This document shows positions 16,754 to 25,960 of a DNA stretch of 32,016 nucleotides, piece by piece. Position numbers and translations under genes: made by a program. The notes under the pieces are model-generated. The model searched no databases. It worked only from the letters and a program-made list of their open reading frames with translations, and was not told the origin of the DNA. The DNA comes from Bacteroidota bacterium (lineage in GTDB: Bacteria > Bacteroidota > Bacteroidia > Flavobacteriales_D > Sanyastnellaceae), in contig JBEAZL010000171.1 of assembly GCA_041170085.1 (NCBI GenBank), forward strand, positions 1 through 32,016, in the 5' to 3' direction. Positions within the stretch are counted from its first letter, which is position 1. Each line of letters starts with the position of its first letter.

Positions 16754-17803
16754 TCACTTTCTGAATATTGGCAGACAGACAGGCAGGTGATCCGAATAGC
16801 CTTCTGTGTAATTCGGTCCTGCATAAGTGCGATTCGGAATTAATGTTCCATCGTCTTTCTTGAACAACATCCACTCTTCTTTCAGAATGAATGCCGCAGC
16901 AGGATCAACGTACAATCCCTCCTTCTCCTGCATAGCAGAATTCACCACGAACTGATCCAGCGCTCCCCATTCACCTTTGTAATTATAACTGCCCTGTCCG
17001 CTCAGGTGAAGTTGCTTCATGCAATTGGTCATGGCCAATTTTCCATTTGAACTGTCAATAGCTTCCAGGGCCAATAAAGAAGCATCTGTGGGATGATCAT
17101 TGAAATCACCCATGCATATAATCTGTGCGTCCGGATTGACAACACTTGTTTCTGCTATTGACGTCTTCAATACAGATGAAGCCTTCATACGCTTTGGTTC
17201 ACTTTCTGCCTGTCCTCCGCTCCTGCTCGGCCAATGGTTCACATAAAAAGTGAATTGCTCATTTCCTGTCTTCAAAGTGGCCTTCAGAATATCTCTCGTA
17301 TTGGGATCTCTTTCATCATCGAGATCTACTGTCAACCAATCCGCTCCTTCAAAACTGAATTTATAGTAGTCGAAGAGCAGTGCAACATCTATCCCCCTCT
17401 CATCCGGACTGTCTTTGTGTACGATCGTATAGATTCTACCCTGACTGGCGAGTTGAAGGGTCAGGTCTTCAAGAACTTTTCTGTTCTCAACTTCACATAA
17501 CCCTATTACATCCGGACCAACACCTCCATTCATAAACATGATGACTTTTGTCAGGTCATCGAGCTTCTTCTGATATCTCGCAGTATTCCATTGCAACTTT
17601 CCCGTTGGGGTGAAATCTTCATCGACCTTCAGGGGATCATTGACCGTATCGAACAGGTTCTCCACATTGTAAAAAGAAATCATCAGCTCAGCCTGATTAC
17701 CGGTTGAGACTGTATCGTTCCCCATTCCGGAATTGCACGACCCAAAATGAGCTGTGAGAAGAAAAAGGGACAGGCTGGTATACACGGGCACTAATACACG
17801 CAT
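16754..17803 (-). CDS. Secreted endonuclease/exonuclease/phosphatase (EEP) family protein
   Basis: The ORF opens on TTG at 17809, and the ATG at 17803 gives MRVLVPVYTSLSLFLLTAHFGSC (signal peptide with lipobox-like Cys). EEP motifs: FYNVENLFD, GLCEVEN, GDFNDHP and SDHLPV. Confidence 0.8.
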   Translation of the reverse strand: MRVLVPVYTSLSLFLLTAHFGSCNSGMGNDTVSTGNQAELMISFYNVENLFDTVNDPLKVDEDFTPTGKLQWNTARYQKKLDDLTKVIMFMNGGVGPDVIGLCEVENRKVLEDLTLQLASQGRIYTIVHKDSPDERGIDVALLFDYYKFSFEGADWLTVDLDDERDPNTRDILKATLKTGNEQFTFYVNHWPSRSGGQAESEPKRMKASSVLKTSIAETSVVNPDAQIICMGDFNDHPTDASLLALEAIDSSNGKLAMTNCMKQLHLSGQGSYNYKGEWGALDQFVVNSAMQEKEGLYVDPAAAFILKEEWMLFKKDDGTLIPNRTYAGPNYTEGYSDHLPVCLPIFRK

Positions 17804-17871
17804 GGTCAATTTTTATTTAGGTGCAACAAAGATGAGGGTAGCTACGTATACCACACAATATATCATACTAT

Positions 17872-18297
17872 ATGTCTTCGCTACTCAGGTTTAGCATACT
17901 CTTTCTGTGTCTGGCCATATCTAAAATGATGCCGGCCCAGAATAATGAGCACACCGTTTACTACGATGAGCTCATGAAGCCCACCATAAAGCGCCATGCC
18001 CACTTCATTCTGAGTCTCTCACCTATTGCGGAAGACAAGTTCGAAGGCACACTCACCACCAGGGAAAACGTGGTTAAAGCCATCGGGCAATACAAGAAAC
18101 TCGACAAGTCCTTTATCGAAGACGGGCAGTTTGTGTTCTTTTATCCGAACGGGCAAATTGAATCAAAAGGAGAATTTGATCACGGCATCAAAACCGGAAA
18201 CTGGGAACGATACGCCGAAAACGGAACGCGAAAACCCGACAGGTTTTATAATCCTGAGTCAGCCACTCTGATCAGACAAGCACAGGGAACCAAGTAA
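17872..18297 (+). CDS. Small secreted protein with MORN-variant (YwqK-like) repeats
   Basis: Signal peptide MSSLLRFSILFLCLAISKMMPAQ. DGQFVFFYPNGQIESKGEFDHGIKTGNWERYAENGT fits the G-x-W-x-x-Y-x-x-N-G repeat pattern. Confidence 0.5.
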   Translation: MSSLLRFSILFLCLAISKMMPAQNNEHTVYYDELMKPTIKRHAHFILSLSPIAEDKFEGTLTTRENVVKAIGQYKKLDKSFIEDGQFVFFYPNGQIESKGEFDHGIKTGNWERYAENGTRKPDRFYNPESATLIRQAQGTK

Positions 18298-18350
18298 CCC
18301 GGACAGGAGAAGTAGTTCATACTACTGTCTGACTTTACTATCTTGCCCGC

Positions 18351-19994
18351 ATGCACCGAAGTATTGCGGGTCTACTCTTATATATAGGTATCATTCTCAG
18401 TTTGGCCTCTTGCCTGGGCAGTGTTGACGACAACAGTGAACGCGTATTCAGGTATAATGAAAGCAACGGTATCACATCACTGGATCCCGCATACGCCCGG
18501 GAGCTGGAAAATCTCTGGGTCATCAATCAAATGTTTGATGGACTGGTTGAGTTGGACTCATCTCTACATGTGATACCCTGCATAGCCAGAACATGGGAAA
18601 TTTCTCCGGATGGGAAGACCTATACTTTCCACCTCCGGACAGACGTCTATTTTCATAGGAACGACATATTCGGAGTGGAGGGTACCCGCAAAGTGAAGCC
18701 ATCTGACTTTATCTACTCTTTTAAAAGAATCATAAATCCACAAACTGCTTCTCCCGGAAAATGGATATTCACTTACCTGAACCAAAGTATCGGAGATGCA
18801 GGCTTTAATGCTCCTGACGACAGCACACTTATCATTCATCTCAGCCAATCTTTTCAACCTTTTCTCGGCATGCTGGCTATGCAGTATTGCAACGTGGTTC
18901 CTGAGGAAGCCGTATTGAAATATGGAGCTGAATTCAGATCTAATCCGGTTGGCACAGGTCCTTTTCAGTTTGCATTCTGGTATGAAAATGAAGCATTGGT
19001 CATGCATAAAAACCCGAAGTACTGGGAAACAGATAGCATCGGTAATCAACTCCCGTATCTCGATGCCATTCATATCGACTTTGTAAAAGACATGTCGGCC
19101 GAATTTCATGGATTGCTGCAGGGCAAATACGACTTCATGAGTGGAATTAATGCTGCCACAAAAGATGAACTTCTTGACCCGTTGGGCGAGCTGAATTCAA
19201 CGCATACTTCTACGCTGAGACTTCAGAAGACTCCATTTATTAAAACAGACTACATCGGATTTCTGTGTGACCCAAATTCAGATGCCGTTCAGAATAGCGT
19301 CGTTCGCGATAAGCGGATAAGGCAAGCCATAAGCTATGCCATTGATAAAAAGAGCATGATCAGGCACCTGAGAAACAATGCTGTGTTTCCAGCCGAAAAT
19401 GGTTTTGTTCCACCCTCATTGCTGGGTGGTCAGTCATATACCTACTATCCGTACGATCCGATCAAGGCCTCCAGCCTGCTCGAAGAAGCAGGTTATCCCG
19501 GGGGCAAGGGCTTGCCCGAGATTGAGATTTCTGTCATTTCAGACCAAACAGACCTGATAGAATACATTCAGCATTCTCTCGGACAAGTCGGTATCCCGGT
19601 GCGGATAAACAGCATGCAGGGAACGGCATTCAAAGAAAAAACTGCCAATGCGCAACTGATGTCTTTCAAAAAATCATGGGTCGCTGACTATGCCGATGCA
19701 GAGAATTTCCTGGGCATCTTTCTGAGCAGAAACTTCTGTCCGGCAGGCCCCAACTATATGCATTTCTCCAATCCTGAGTATGACCTTTTGTATGAGAAAG
19801 CAGCGAGTGAAACCACCGATTCCATGCGAAATGAACTTTACCATGACATGAACCGCATGATCATGGAGGAAGCCGCTGTTATCCCTCTGTTCTATGATCA
19901 GGTTACCCATTTTGTGCGAAATGAAGTGCGAGGCCTTCAGACCAACCCGATCAATATGCTTGATCTCAAGCGCGTGTCCAAAATTCAGCTATAG
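18351..19994 (+). CDS. ABC-transporter substrate-binding lipoprotein, family 5 (peptide/nickel, OppA/DppA-like)
   Basis: Lipobox LSLASC. SBP_bac_5-type motifs: SLDPAYA, MFDGLVELD, PDGKTYTFHLR, VKPSDFIYSF and GTGPFQF. 547 aa. Confidence 0.85.
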   Translation: MHRSIAGLLLYIGIILSLASCLGSVDDNSERVFRYNESNGITSLDPAYARELENLWVINQMFDGLVELDSSLHVIPCIARTWEISPDGKTYTFHLRTDVYFHRNDIFGVEGTRKVKPSDFIYSFKRIINPQTASPGKWIFTYLNQSIGDAGFNAPDDSTLIIHLSQSFQPFLGMLAMQYCNVVPEEAVLKYGAEFRSNPVGTGPFQFAFWYENEALVMHKNPKYWETDSIGNQLPYLDAIHIDFVKDMSAEFHGLLQGKYDFMSGINAATKDELLDPLGELNSTHTSTLRLQKTPFIKTDYIGFLCDPNSDAVQNSVVRDKRIRQAISYAIDKKSMIRHLRNNAVFPAENGFVPPSLLGGQSYTYYPYDPIKASSLLEEAGYPGGKGLPEIEISVISDQTDLIEYIQHSLGQVGIPVRINSMQGTAFKEKTANAQLMSFKKSWVADYADAENFLGIFLSRNFCPAGPNYMHFSNPEYDLLYEKAASETTDSMRNELYHDMNRMIMEEAAVIPLFYDQVTHFVRNEVRGLQTNPINMLDLKRVSKIQL

Positions 19995-20025
19995 GTGCTG
20001 GATGGCTATAACATGAAAGGCTTTA

Positions 20026-20033
20026 TACCTTTG
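20026..20033 (+). promoter_or_regulatory. Candidate -7 promoter box TACCTTTG upstream of the ACMSD-like gene
   Basis: Exact TAnnTTTG match 24 nt upstream of the ATG at 20057. No clear -33 TTTG. Confidence 0.3.
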
Positions 20034-20056
20034 CATTTCCAACCCAAGACCTGCTG

Positions 20057-21067
20057 ATGCTCAAGATTGATACCCATACCCATATTATGCCAAGGGTGCT
20101 TCCCGACTGGACGACCCGATTTGGTTATGGGAAATTCATTCATCTTGACCATCACCGTCCGGGATTTGCGCGTATGATGCAGGGAGAAAAATTCTTCCGC
20201 GAAATCGAAATCAATTGCTGGGACCCCGAAGTGCGAATTGAAGAATATGCCAGGTTCAATACAAAAATCCAGGTGGTCTGTACCATACCGGTGCTCTTCG
20301 CATACTGGGCCAAGCCTCACGATGGTTTAGCTGTTTCTGAATTTCTGAACGACGACATCGCGGAGGTCTTTCATAAGTACCCGGAGAACTATATTGGTCT
20401 TGCCACCCTTCCCATGCAAGATCCCCAGCTTGCCGTAAAAGAAATCGAACGCTGTCGTAAAATCGGATTCAGGGGTGTACAGCTCGGCTCCAATATCAAT
20501 GGTAAAAACCTCAGCGAACCGGAGTTCAATGTGATATGGGAGTCTCTGGAAAAGGAGAATATGTGTGTCCTCATCCATCCATGGGAGATGATGGGACAGG
20601 AACAGATGTCGAAGTACTGGCTGCCATGGCTTGTGGGAATGCCGGCAGAAACATCCAGGGCGATATGTTCGCTGATCTTCGGCGGAGTTCTGGAAAGGTA
20701 TCCGGGCATCAGATTCAATTTCGCCCATGCGGGTGGTTCTTTCCTTCCCACAATCGGGCGAATTGAACATGGTTTCAATTGCAGACCTGACCTTGTGGCC
20801 GTTGATAATGATCATAATCCCCGCGAATACATCGGTAAGTTTTGGGTCGACAGTGCTACACACGATCCACAGCTTCTGAGGTACATCATTGACATGGTCG
20901 GGACTGAAAAAATCACATTAGGTACTGACTACCCATTCCCTCTTGGCGATCTGGAAATCGGTAAGTTCATCGAAGAGATGAACCTGAGCGCAGAACAGGT
21001 AAATCAAATCTTTTGTGATAGTCCATTGGCGTGGCTCGGAATGACCAGGGAAGAGGTTGGCCTCTGA
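20057..21067 (+). CDS. 2-amino-3-carboxymuconate-6-semialdehyde decarboxylase (ACMSD, amidohydrolase_2 family)
   Basis: Similar along its whole length to animal ACMSD as I remember it: KIDTHTHIMP (HxH), RFGYG, NCWDPEVRI, YWAKP, LPMQ, YWLPWLVGMPAETS, FAHAGG, GRIEHGF, RPDL and LGTDYPFPLG. Confidence 0.8.
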   Translation: MLKIDTHTHIMPRVLPDWTTRFGYGKFIHLDHHRPGFARMMQGEKFFREIEINCWDPEVRIEEYARFNTKIQVVCTIPVLFAYWAKPHDGLAVSEFLNDDIAEVFHKYPENYIGLATLPMQDPQLAVKEIERCRKIGFRGVQLGSNINGKNLSEPEFNVIWESLEKENMCVLIHPWEMMGQEQMSKYWLPWLVGMPAETSRAICSLIFGGVLERYPGIRFNFAHAGGSFLPTIGRIEHGFNCRPDLVAVDNDHNPREYIGKFWVDSATHDPQLLRYIIDMVGTEKITLGTDYPFPLGDLEIGKFIEEMNLSAEQVNQIFCDSPLAWLGMTREEVGL

Positions 21068-21101
21068 AATCAGCCCCGCTTTCAATTTTCAGACCCTTCG
21101 G

Positions 21102-22877
21102 CTACCAGTCGAAATTGCCCTTATACTTTTTACTGTTGCCTACGGCGTCGATCACCTCTAATTCAAAAGTGTGGCTACCATGTGAAATATACCTTTCATC
21201 GAAGTTATATGTCAGACGACTGTTCTTCGCGTCATATTCCATCAGTGCCCATTTGCCATCAATTCTCGGAATGATCTGATCTATTCCGGCCAGACTATCT
21301 CCAATCTTCATCGAGAACTTTGATTTGCCCTTCATCGCAGGGGCAAAATCAACTGATGATATGTAGGGAGGCAGAGTATCTGCCATCACACCGTAGTAAC
21401 CGAAATACTGGGTTTCGCATTTCACCCAGCCATTTTCATAATGTGCATTTTCAGCAATATTCTTTTCCTTTTCAGCATCCCACCGCACGACGACCACTTT
21501 GGAATGGAGATGTGCAGGCAGATCTCCGGTTCTTATGCTGAGCTCGTAGTGCCCGTTGACCGGCACATAGGGATCGGCCACAAGAAAGGTTGGCGTCAGA
21601 TACCCCTTCTTCGGGGACGACATATTCACTTCGAACTGCAAGTCCTCGTATAAGCTGAATGCATTCACTGAAATGCGAATAGATTCGTCTTCGTAGTAGT
21701 TATCCTTTTCAAAATCGAACATTACACCCTCAGTATTATAAGGGCGTGTGGCAACAGGTGGCGAAGGGACCGATTTCACCTGAAAATTCAGTGTAGAGGA
21801 ATTGCCTTTTATGTCTGTAACCTTGTACTCAATCTGATGAATCTTATCATCGCGAAAAGACAGTATCCCGTCGTTGACCAGGTTATCGTATATATCCAGC
21901 ATGTTGTTCGGCAGACGGTAAGATCTGTGAAGCTGGGTCCTGTTCTTCTTGAAAATTTCATACACCGTATGGGCATTCATGGCACGGGTCGTGGAGAAAT
22001 CCAGCTTGTCCATCTTCTGCGCATATACCAGCAGACCATCAACCCGAAGCTCAATGCGGTATATACCACACTTATTCGAATTGCCGTCTGCCATGTCGTA
22101 AGTAGTAACTGCAAAGCCGATATCGCCGTGAACATTTACAGGAGCAGTGGTTGCAAGTGCGCATTTACCGCTGTGTACCTTGGTCTGAAGTGTGACAGGT
22201 TTACTGGCTCCCGAAATGGTTGACGTCTCATTCATGGGTACCACCATTACAGAAAGGATACTGGGATTGATCTTGTCGCGGATGTCGAACCCAAACAGCA
22301 TCGGATTTACCAGTTTTTCTGACTGCGTTTCTCGGATTTCGAAATGCAAATGAGGACCTCCGCTGCCACCAGAGTTGCCGGACAGGGCTACCAACTGACC
22401 TTTTGTGACGGGAAGCTCGCCAGGCTTGGGAAACAGATCAATGCTGAAAGATTCAAGTTTGTATTGTTCGCTCAGCACATAATTGGCGATGGGATCAGCA
22501 TATTTCTGCAAGTGACCGTAAACGGAAGTATATCCATTCGGATGGTCTATATATAAAGCGTAGCCATAACCAAAAGGAGATACCTTGATGCGGCTGACAT
22601 AACCCTCTGCCACTGCATATATCGCCAACCCCTCCCTCTGCTGGGTCTTGATATCAAGTCCCGCATGAAAATGGTTGGTGCGCAGTTCCCCGAAGTTTCC
22701 GCTGAGGTGAATAGGAACATCCAGCGGAGAACGGAAATAATCCTGTGGGAATGATTCCGGCGAGGGGGCAGTACCGTGCTGGGCAAATGCTGAACCGGGG
22801 CAGATCAATGTAACCACCAGGAGCAGATGAACGACCACTGCCCTGAAATTCTGAACTGTCAGACTACCCGCGTACAT
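21102..22877 (-). CDS. M23 family metallopeptidase with a long C-terminal beta-rich extension
   Basis: Signal peptide. HFHAGLDIKT (HxxxD) and GGPHLHFEI (HxH) are LytM/M23 catalytic motifs. About 350 further residues have no motif I recognise. Confidence 0.9.
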   Translation of the reverse strand: MYAGSLTVQNFRAVVVHLLLVVTLICPGSAFAQHGTAPSPESFPQDYFRSPLDVPIHLSGNFGELRTNHFHAGLDIKTQQREGLAIYAVAEGYVSRIKVSPFGYGYALYIDHPNGYTSVYGHLQKYADPIANYVLSEQYKLESFSIDLFPKPGELPVTKGQLVALSGNSGGSGGPHLHFEIRETQSEKLVNPMLFGFDIRDKINPSILSVMVVPMNETSTISGASKPVTLQTKVHSGKCALATTAPVNVHGDIGFAVTTYDMADGNSNKCGIYRIELRVDGLLVYAQKMDKLDFSTTRAMNAHTVYEIFKKNRTQLHRSYRLPNNMLDIYDNLVNDGILSFRDDKIHQIEYKVTDIKGNSSTLNFQVKSVPSPPVATRPYNTEGVMFDFEKDNYYEDESIRISVNAFSLYEDLQFEVNMSSPKKGYLTPTFLVADPYVPVNGHYELSIRTGDLPAHLHSKVVVVRWDAEKEKNIAENAHYENGWVKCETQYFGYYGVMADTLPPYISSVDFAPAMKGKSKFSMKIGDSLAGIDQIIPRIDGKWALMEYDAKNSRLTYNFDERYISHGSHTFELEVIDAVGNSKKYKGNFDW

Positions 22878-22979
22878 TTTTTAATCGAAGAGTTCCCTGA
22901 ATGCGAAAATCAATGATCATGCCCCATACTCGCAGGCAGCACCAGTGTTTCTATCAACACCAAAAGAGGGAAAAACAGA

Positions 22980-23013
22980 TTTGTTGTACTTAGCCCGATA
23001 GTCCTTAAATTTG
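22980..23013 (+). promoter_or_regulatory. Candidate Bacteroidota sigma-A promoter (-33 TTTG, -7 TAAATTTG) for the coiled-coil/zapA/rny genes
   Basis: TTTG at 22980-22983 and TAAATTTG at 23006-23013 with a 22-nt spacer. The ATG is 39 nt downstream of the -7 box. The same 12-mer CTTAAATTTGCC occurs upstream of mltG. Confidence 0.4.
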
Positions 23014-23051
23014 CCATACATCTCTGTGTAAATCAAGGAATAAAGAGCACC

Positions 23052-23348
23052 ATGGAGTTAGCATCGTTTGTGGTAAGGATCGAGGAGAAAATTTCCCGGT
23101 TGGCGGAAGCCCGCAACGAATTGCGTCTTCAGCTGGCTAAGGCCAGGGAAGACAATGAGTCACTGTTCAGGATTAACAGTGCCCTCCAGGAACAGGTGAA
23201 TGAACTCCTTGAGCGAAACAGAGAGCTGGAAGAATCACGTTCGCTGCAGTCAGGCTCCCCTAACAGGGACAATGCTGAAACCAGACAGAGAATCAGCGAA
23301 CTTGTGAATGAGATTGATGAATGCATAGCCATGCTAAAACAGGGATAA
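23052..23348 (+). CDS. Small coiled-coil protein (possible ZapB-like division factor)
   Basis: The 98-aa protein has heptad-rich sequence (LAEARNELRLQLAKAREDNESLFRINSALQEQVNELLERNRELEE). It lies 10 nt upstream of zapA. The functional label comes from context only. Confidence 0.5.
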   Translation: MELASFVVRIEEKISRLAEARNELRLQLAKAREDNESLFRINSALQEQVNELLERNRELEESRSLQSGSPNRDNAETRQRISELVNEIDECIAMLKQG

Positions 23349-23358
23349 TAACCAGATC

Positions 23359-23655
23359 ATGGAAGAGGTTTCTGTACAGGTAAACATCGGGGGGCGGGTA
23401 TATCCGCTTACCATCGATAAAGCACAGGAATCCATCATCCGTGAGGCAGAGCAAAAGCTTAGTGCAAGCTTTGAAGCCTTCAGGCAGAACTATGCAGTCA
23501 AGGATAAACAGGACCTGCTGGCAATGGCTGCCCTGCAGGTAGTAGCGGCCCTTCTCACAGGAGCAAAGGAACCGTCAGACCAGGGAATACCCGTTGATGA
23601 AGTAAAATCAGCGATGGAGACCCTGGAAAAATCTGTAGATACACACCTGTCCTGA
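23359..23655 (+). CDS. zapA: Cell division protein ZapA
   Basis: 98 aa. [15 protein letters not shown] followed by a helical tail is the typical ZapA N-terminal signature. Confidence 0.8.
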   Translation: MEEVSVQVNIGGRVYPLTIDKAQESIIREAEQKLSASFEAFRQNYAVKDKQDLLAMAALQVVAALLTGAKEPSDQGIPVDEVKSAMETLEKSVDTHLS

Positions 23656-23737
23656 ATTTTCTCTTCTTCTCCCCCATTCTCTGTCGCCCCGCGCCAAAGG
23701 GCTGTCGGGTTGTTTTATTAACCCAAATATTTTAGTT

Positions 23738-25279
23738 ATGGAGAACATGTATGTATTGATCGCCGCCCTGGGCGGGGTCATTGTAGGAGGAGGACTGGCT
23801 TATTTCTTATTTAACAATGTTCTTTCGGGAAAGAAAAATTCAATCCTGGAAGAGGCGCAAAAAGAAGGAGAAGCCATCAAGGAAAAAAAGATCCTTCAGG
23901 CCAAGGAGAAATTTCTGGAATTAAAGGCTCAGCACGAGAGAGAATCCCAGGAGAGAAACAAAAAGATTCAAAGTCAGGAAGACAGGATAAAAAGCCGCGA
24001 CAGAGAACTTTCACAACAAATTGAACAGAACAAGCGCAAAGAAAAGGAACTGGACAGCCAGCGCGAAAACCTCAACAAACTCACCGAGGTAAACCAGAAA
24101 AAGCAGGCCGATCTCGATAAAGCCAATCAAAAGGCCATCAGCATGCTCGAGGAGATTGCCCGCATTTCACCCGAGGACGCCCGCAACCAGTTGATGGAAC
24201 AGCTGAAGGAGGAAGCCAGAATGAAGGCCGCCTCTCAAATTCAGGACATCATTGATGAGGCCAGACTCAAGGCCAATCAGGAAGCCAAGAAAATCGTTGT
24301 TCAGACCATCCAGCGGACTGCCGTTGAACATGCTATCGAAAACTCAGTATCTGTATTCAATATCGATAACGACGAAATCAAGGGAAGGATCATCGGACGG
24401 GAAGGAAGAAATATTCGTGCACTCGAAGCCGCAACCGGTGTTGAAATTATCGTGGACGACACCCCGGAAGCGATAGTGCTTTCATGCTTTGACCCTGTGC
24501 GTCGTGAAATCGCCCGACTCAGTCTTCACCAGCTCGTTACCGATGGCCGTATTCACCCTGCCAGAATCGAAGAAGTGGTGGCCAAGGTCAAGAAGAACAT
24601 CGAAGAAGAAATCGTTGAGGTTGGAAAACGTACCTGTATCGACCTCGGTATCCACGGTCTGCACTCTGAGCTGATTCGCCTGGTGGGCAAGATGAAGTAC
24701 CGCTCTTCATATGGCCAGAATCTGCTGCAGCACTCGCGTGAAGTAGCCAACCTTTGCGCTACCATGGCGAGCGAGCTTGGCCTCAATACCAAAGCCGCCA
24801 AGCGCGCAGGACTTCTGCACGATATCGGAAAGGTGCCGGATGATGAAAGCGAAATGCCGCATGCTATCCTGGGTATGAAACTCGCCGAGAAATACGGTGA
24901 GAAGCCCGATGTATGTAACGCCATCGGTGCACACCACGACGAAGTTGAAATGAAGACCCTTCTCGCACCTATCGTTCAGGTATGTGACGCAGTAAGTGGT
25001 GCGCGTCCGGGTGCCCGCCGCGAAGTAGTGGAAGCATATATTCAGCGCCTTCGCGATCTGGAAAACCTTGCACTCGAATATCCGGGAGTATCCAAATCAT
25101 TCGCTATTCAGGCGGGCCGCGAACTCCGCGTGATCGTTGAAAGCGAAAAAGTAACCGATGAACAATCTGATCAGCTGGCCATCACCATTGCCGGCCGCAT
25201 TGAAACGGAAATGACATACCCGGGCCAGGTTCGGGTGACTGTTATCCGTGAAAAACGCGCCGTAGGAGTGGCCAGATAA
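23738..25279 (+). CDS. rny: Ribonuclease Y
   Basis: N-terminal TM helix and a long charged coiled coil. KH domain ([26 protein letters not shown]) and HD domain (LLHDIGK, GAHHDE). 513 aa. Confidence 0.95.
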   Translation: MENMYVLIAALGGVIVGGGLAYFLFNNVLSGKKNSILEEAQKEGEAIKEKKILQAKEKFLELKAQHERESQERNKKIQSQEDRIKSRDRELSQQIEQNKRKEKELDSQRENLNKLTEVNQKKQADLDKANQKAISMLEEIARISPEDARNQLMEQLKEEARMKAASQIQDIIDEARLKANQEAKKIVVQTIQRTAVEHAIENSVSVFNIDNDEIKGRIIGREGRNIRALEAATGVEIIVDDTPEAIVLSCFDPVRREIARLSLHQLVTDGRIHPARIEEVVAKVKKNIEEEIVEVGKRTCIDLGIHGLHSELIRLVGKMKYRSSYGQNLLQHSREVANLCATMASELGLNTKAAKRAGLLHDIGKVPDDESEMPHAILGMKLAEKYGEKPDVCNAIGAHHDEVEMKTLLAPIVQVCDAVSGARPGARREVVEAYIQRLRDLENLALEYPGVSKSFAIQAGRELRVIVESEKVTDEQSDQLAITIAGRIETEMTYPGQVRVTVIREKRAVGVAR

Positions 25280-25294
25280 CAAACTTTCTCTGAC

Positions 25295-25323
25295 AAAAAA
25301 GGCTCCCCGGGGAGCCTTTTTTT
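25295..25323. terminator. Bidirectional Rho-independent terminator after rny and the convergent lipoprotein gene
   Basis: AAAAAA-GGCTCC-CCGG-GGAGCC-TTTTTTT. Confidence 0.8.
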
Positions 25324-25345
25324 ATGGATGGAATTCATGGTCTCA

Positions 25346-25879
25346 TCACTTGGAAATATAGTTCCAGGTCAGCTTCATGGTAATCTGAACAGACCCTTCC
25401 CTGGATCCGAGAACTATCTCGTCCTTCTTTTCATAATCAGAGGGTATGAAGCTGAAATAACCCACATTGTCATCGTCAGATACGCCATCTTCATCATACA
25501 CATACAATACGTGTTCGCTGTTCCATGCACCAAGCGTAACCGGCACAAAGTCAAATGAAGATGTAACCCCGAAAGCCAGATCCTCCACTGTATTCGTTCG
25601 CAGCATCTCCTGATCTCTGAATTTCAGCAGCGCATATATGTCGGGATTCTCAGAACCCGGTGCCCAGCTGTCCCACTTCTCGCCATCGGCTCCATACATC
25701 GAAACATAATTGATGGTAATCGACGTTATTGTCACGGATTCCAGCATTTTCTTCTGGAACATACCGCCTTTACCGGATGCGCCCTCTCCCTGTGCAACCT
25801 GCTTATCTGACTTGCAGCCGGTGAAGAGGACAAGTGATACTGACATCAGCAATAAAGATGTGAATGTTAACGATTTCAT
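25346..25879 (-). CDS. Lipoprotein with a C2-like beta-sandwich signature (hypothetical)
   Basis: The ORF opens on TTG at 25954. The ATG at 25879 gives MKSLTFTSLLLMSVSLVLFTGC, a lipobox. The body shows the pattern NPDIYALLKF...RTNTVED...FDF...HVLYVYDEDGVSDDDNVGYFSF, which resembles C2 domains. Confidence 0.6.
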   Translation of the reverse strand: MKSLTFTSLLLMSVSLVLFTGCKSDKQVAQGEGASGKGGMFQKKMLESVTITSITINYVSMYGADGEKWDSWAPGSENPDIYALLKFRDQEMLRTNTVEDLAFGVTSSFDFVPVTLGAWNSEHVLYVYDEDGVSDDDNVGYFSFIPSDYEKKDEIVLGSREGSVQITMKLTWNYISK

Positions 25880-25960
25880 CTGCAGTACGGATTTATTGCA
25901 AGTGTAGCCATCAAATTTGAATCGTAAAGTAGTGCCGCGATAAATCAGAACCAATTTAAG

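Noticed and set aside
16406-16824. Two minus-strand ORFs (104 and 137 aa) rich in AAFLGAAFL / LLRSCLLS repeats, opposite the histone-like gene
   Set aside because: They are reverse-complement shadows of the AAG/GCN repeat. Their composition is a mirror artefact. They run through the strong terminator hairpin and overlap the EEP gene's 3' end.
23656-23737. Possible 6S RNA (ssrS) downstream of zapA, as in E. coli
   Set aside because: The gap is only 82 nt, far shorter than a 6S RNA of about 180 nt, and I see no extended closing-stem/central-bubble structure. It is more likely the rny leader or promoter.
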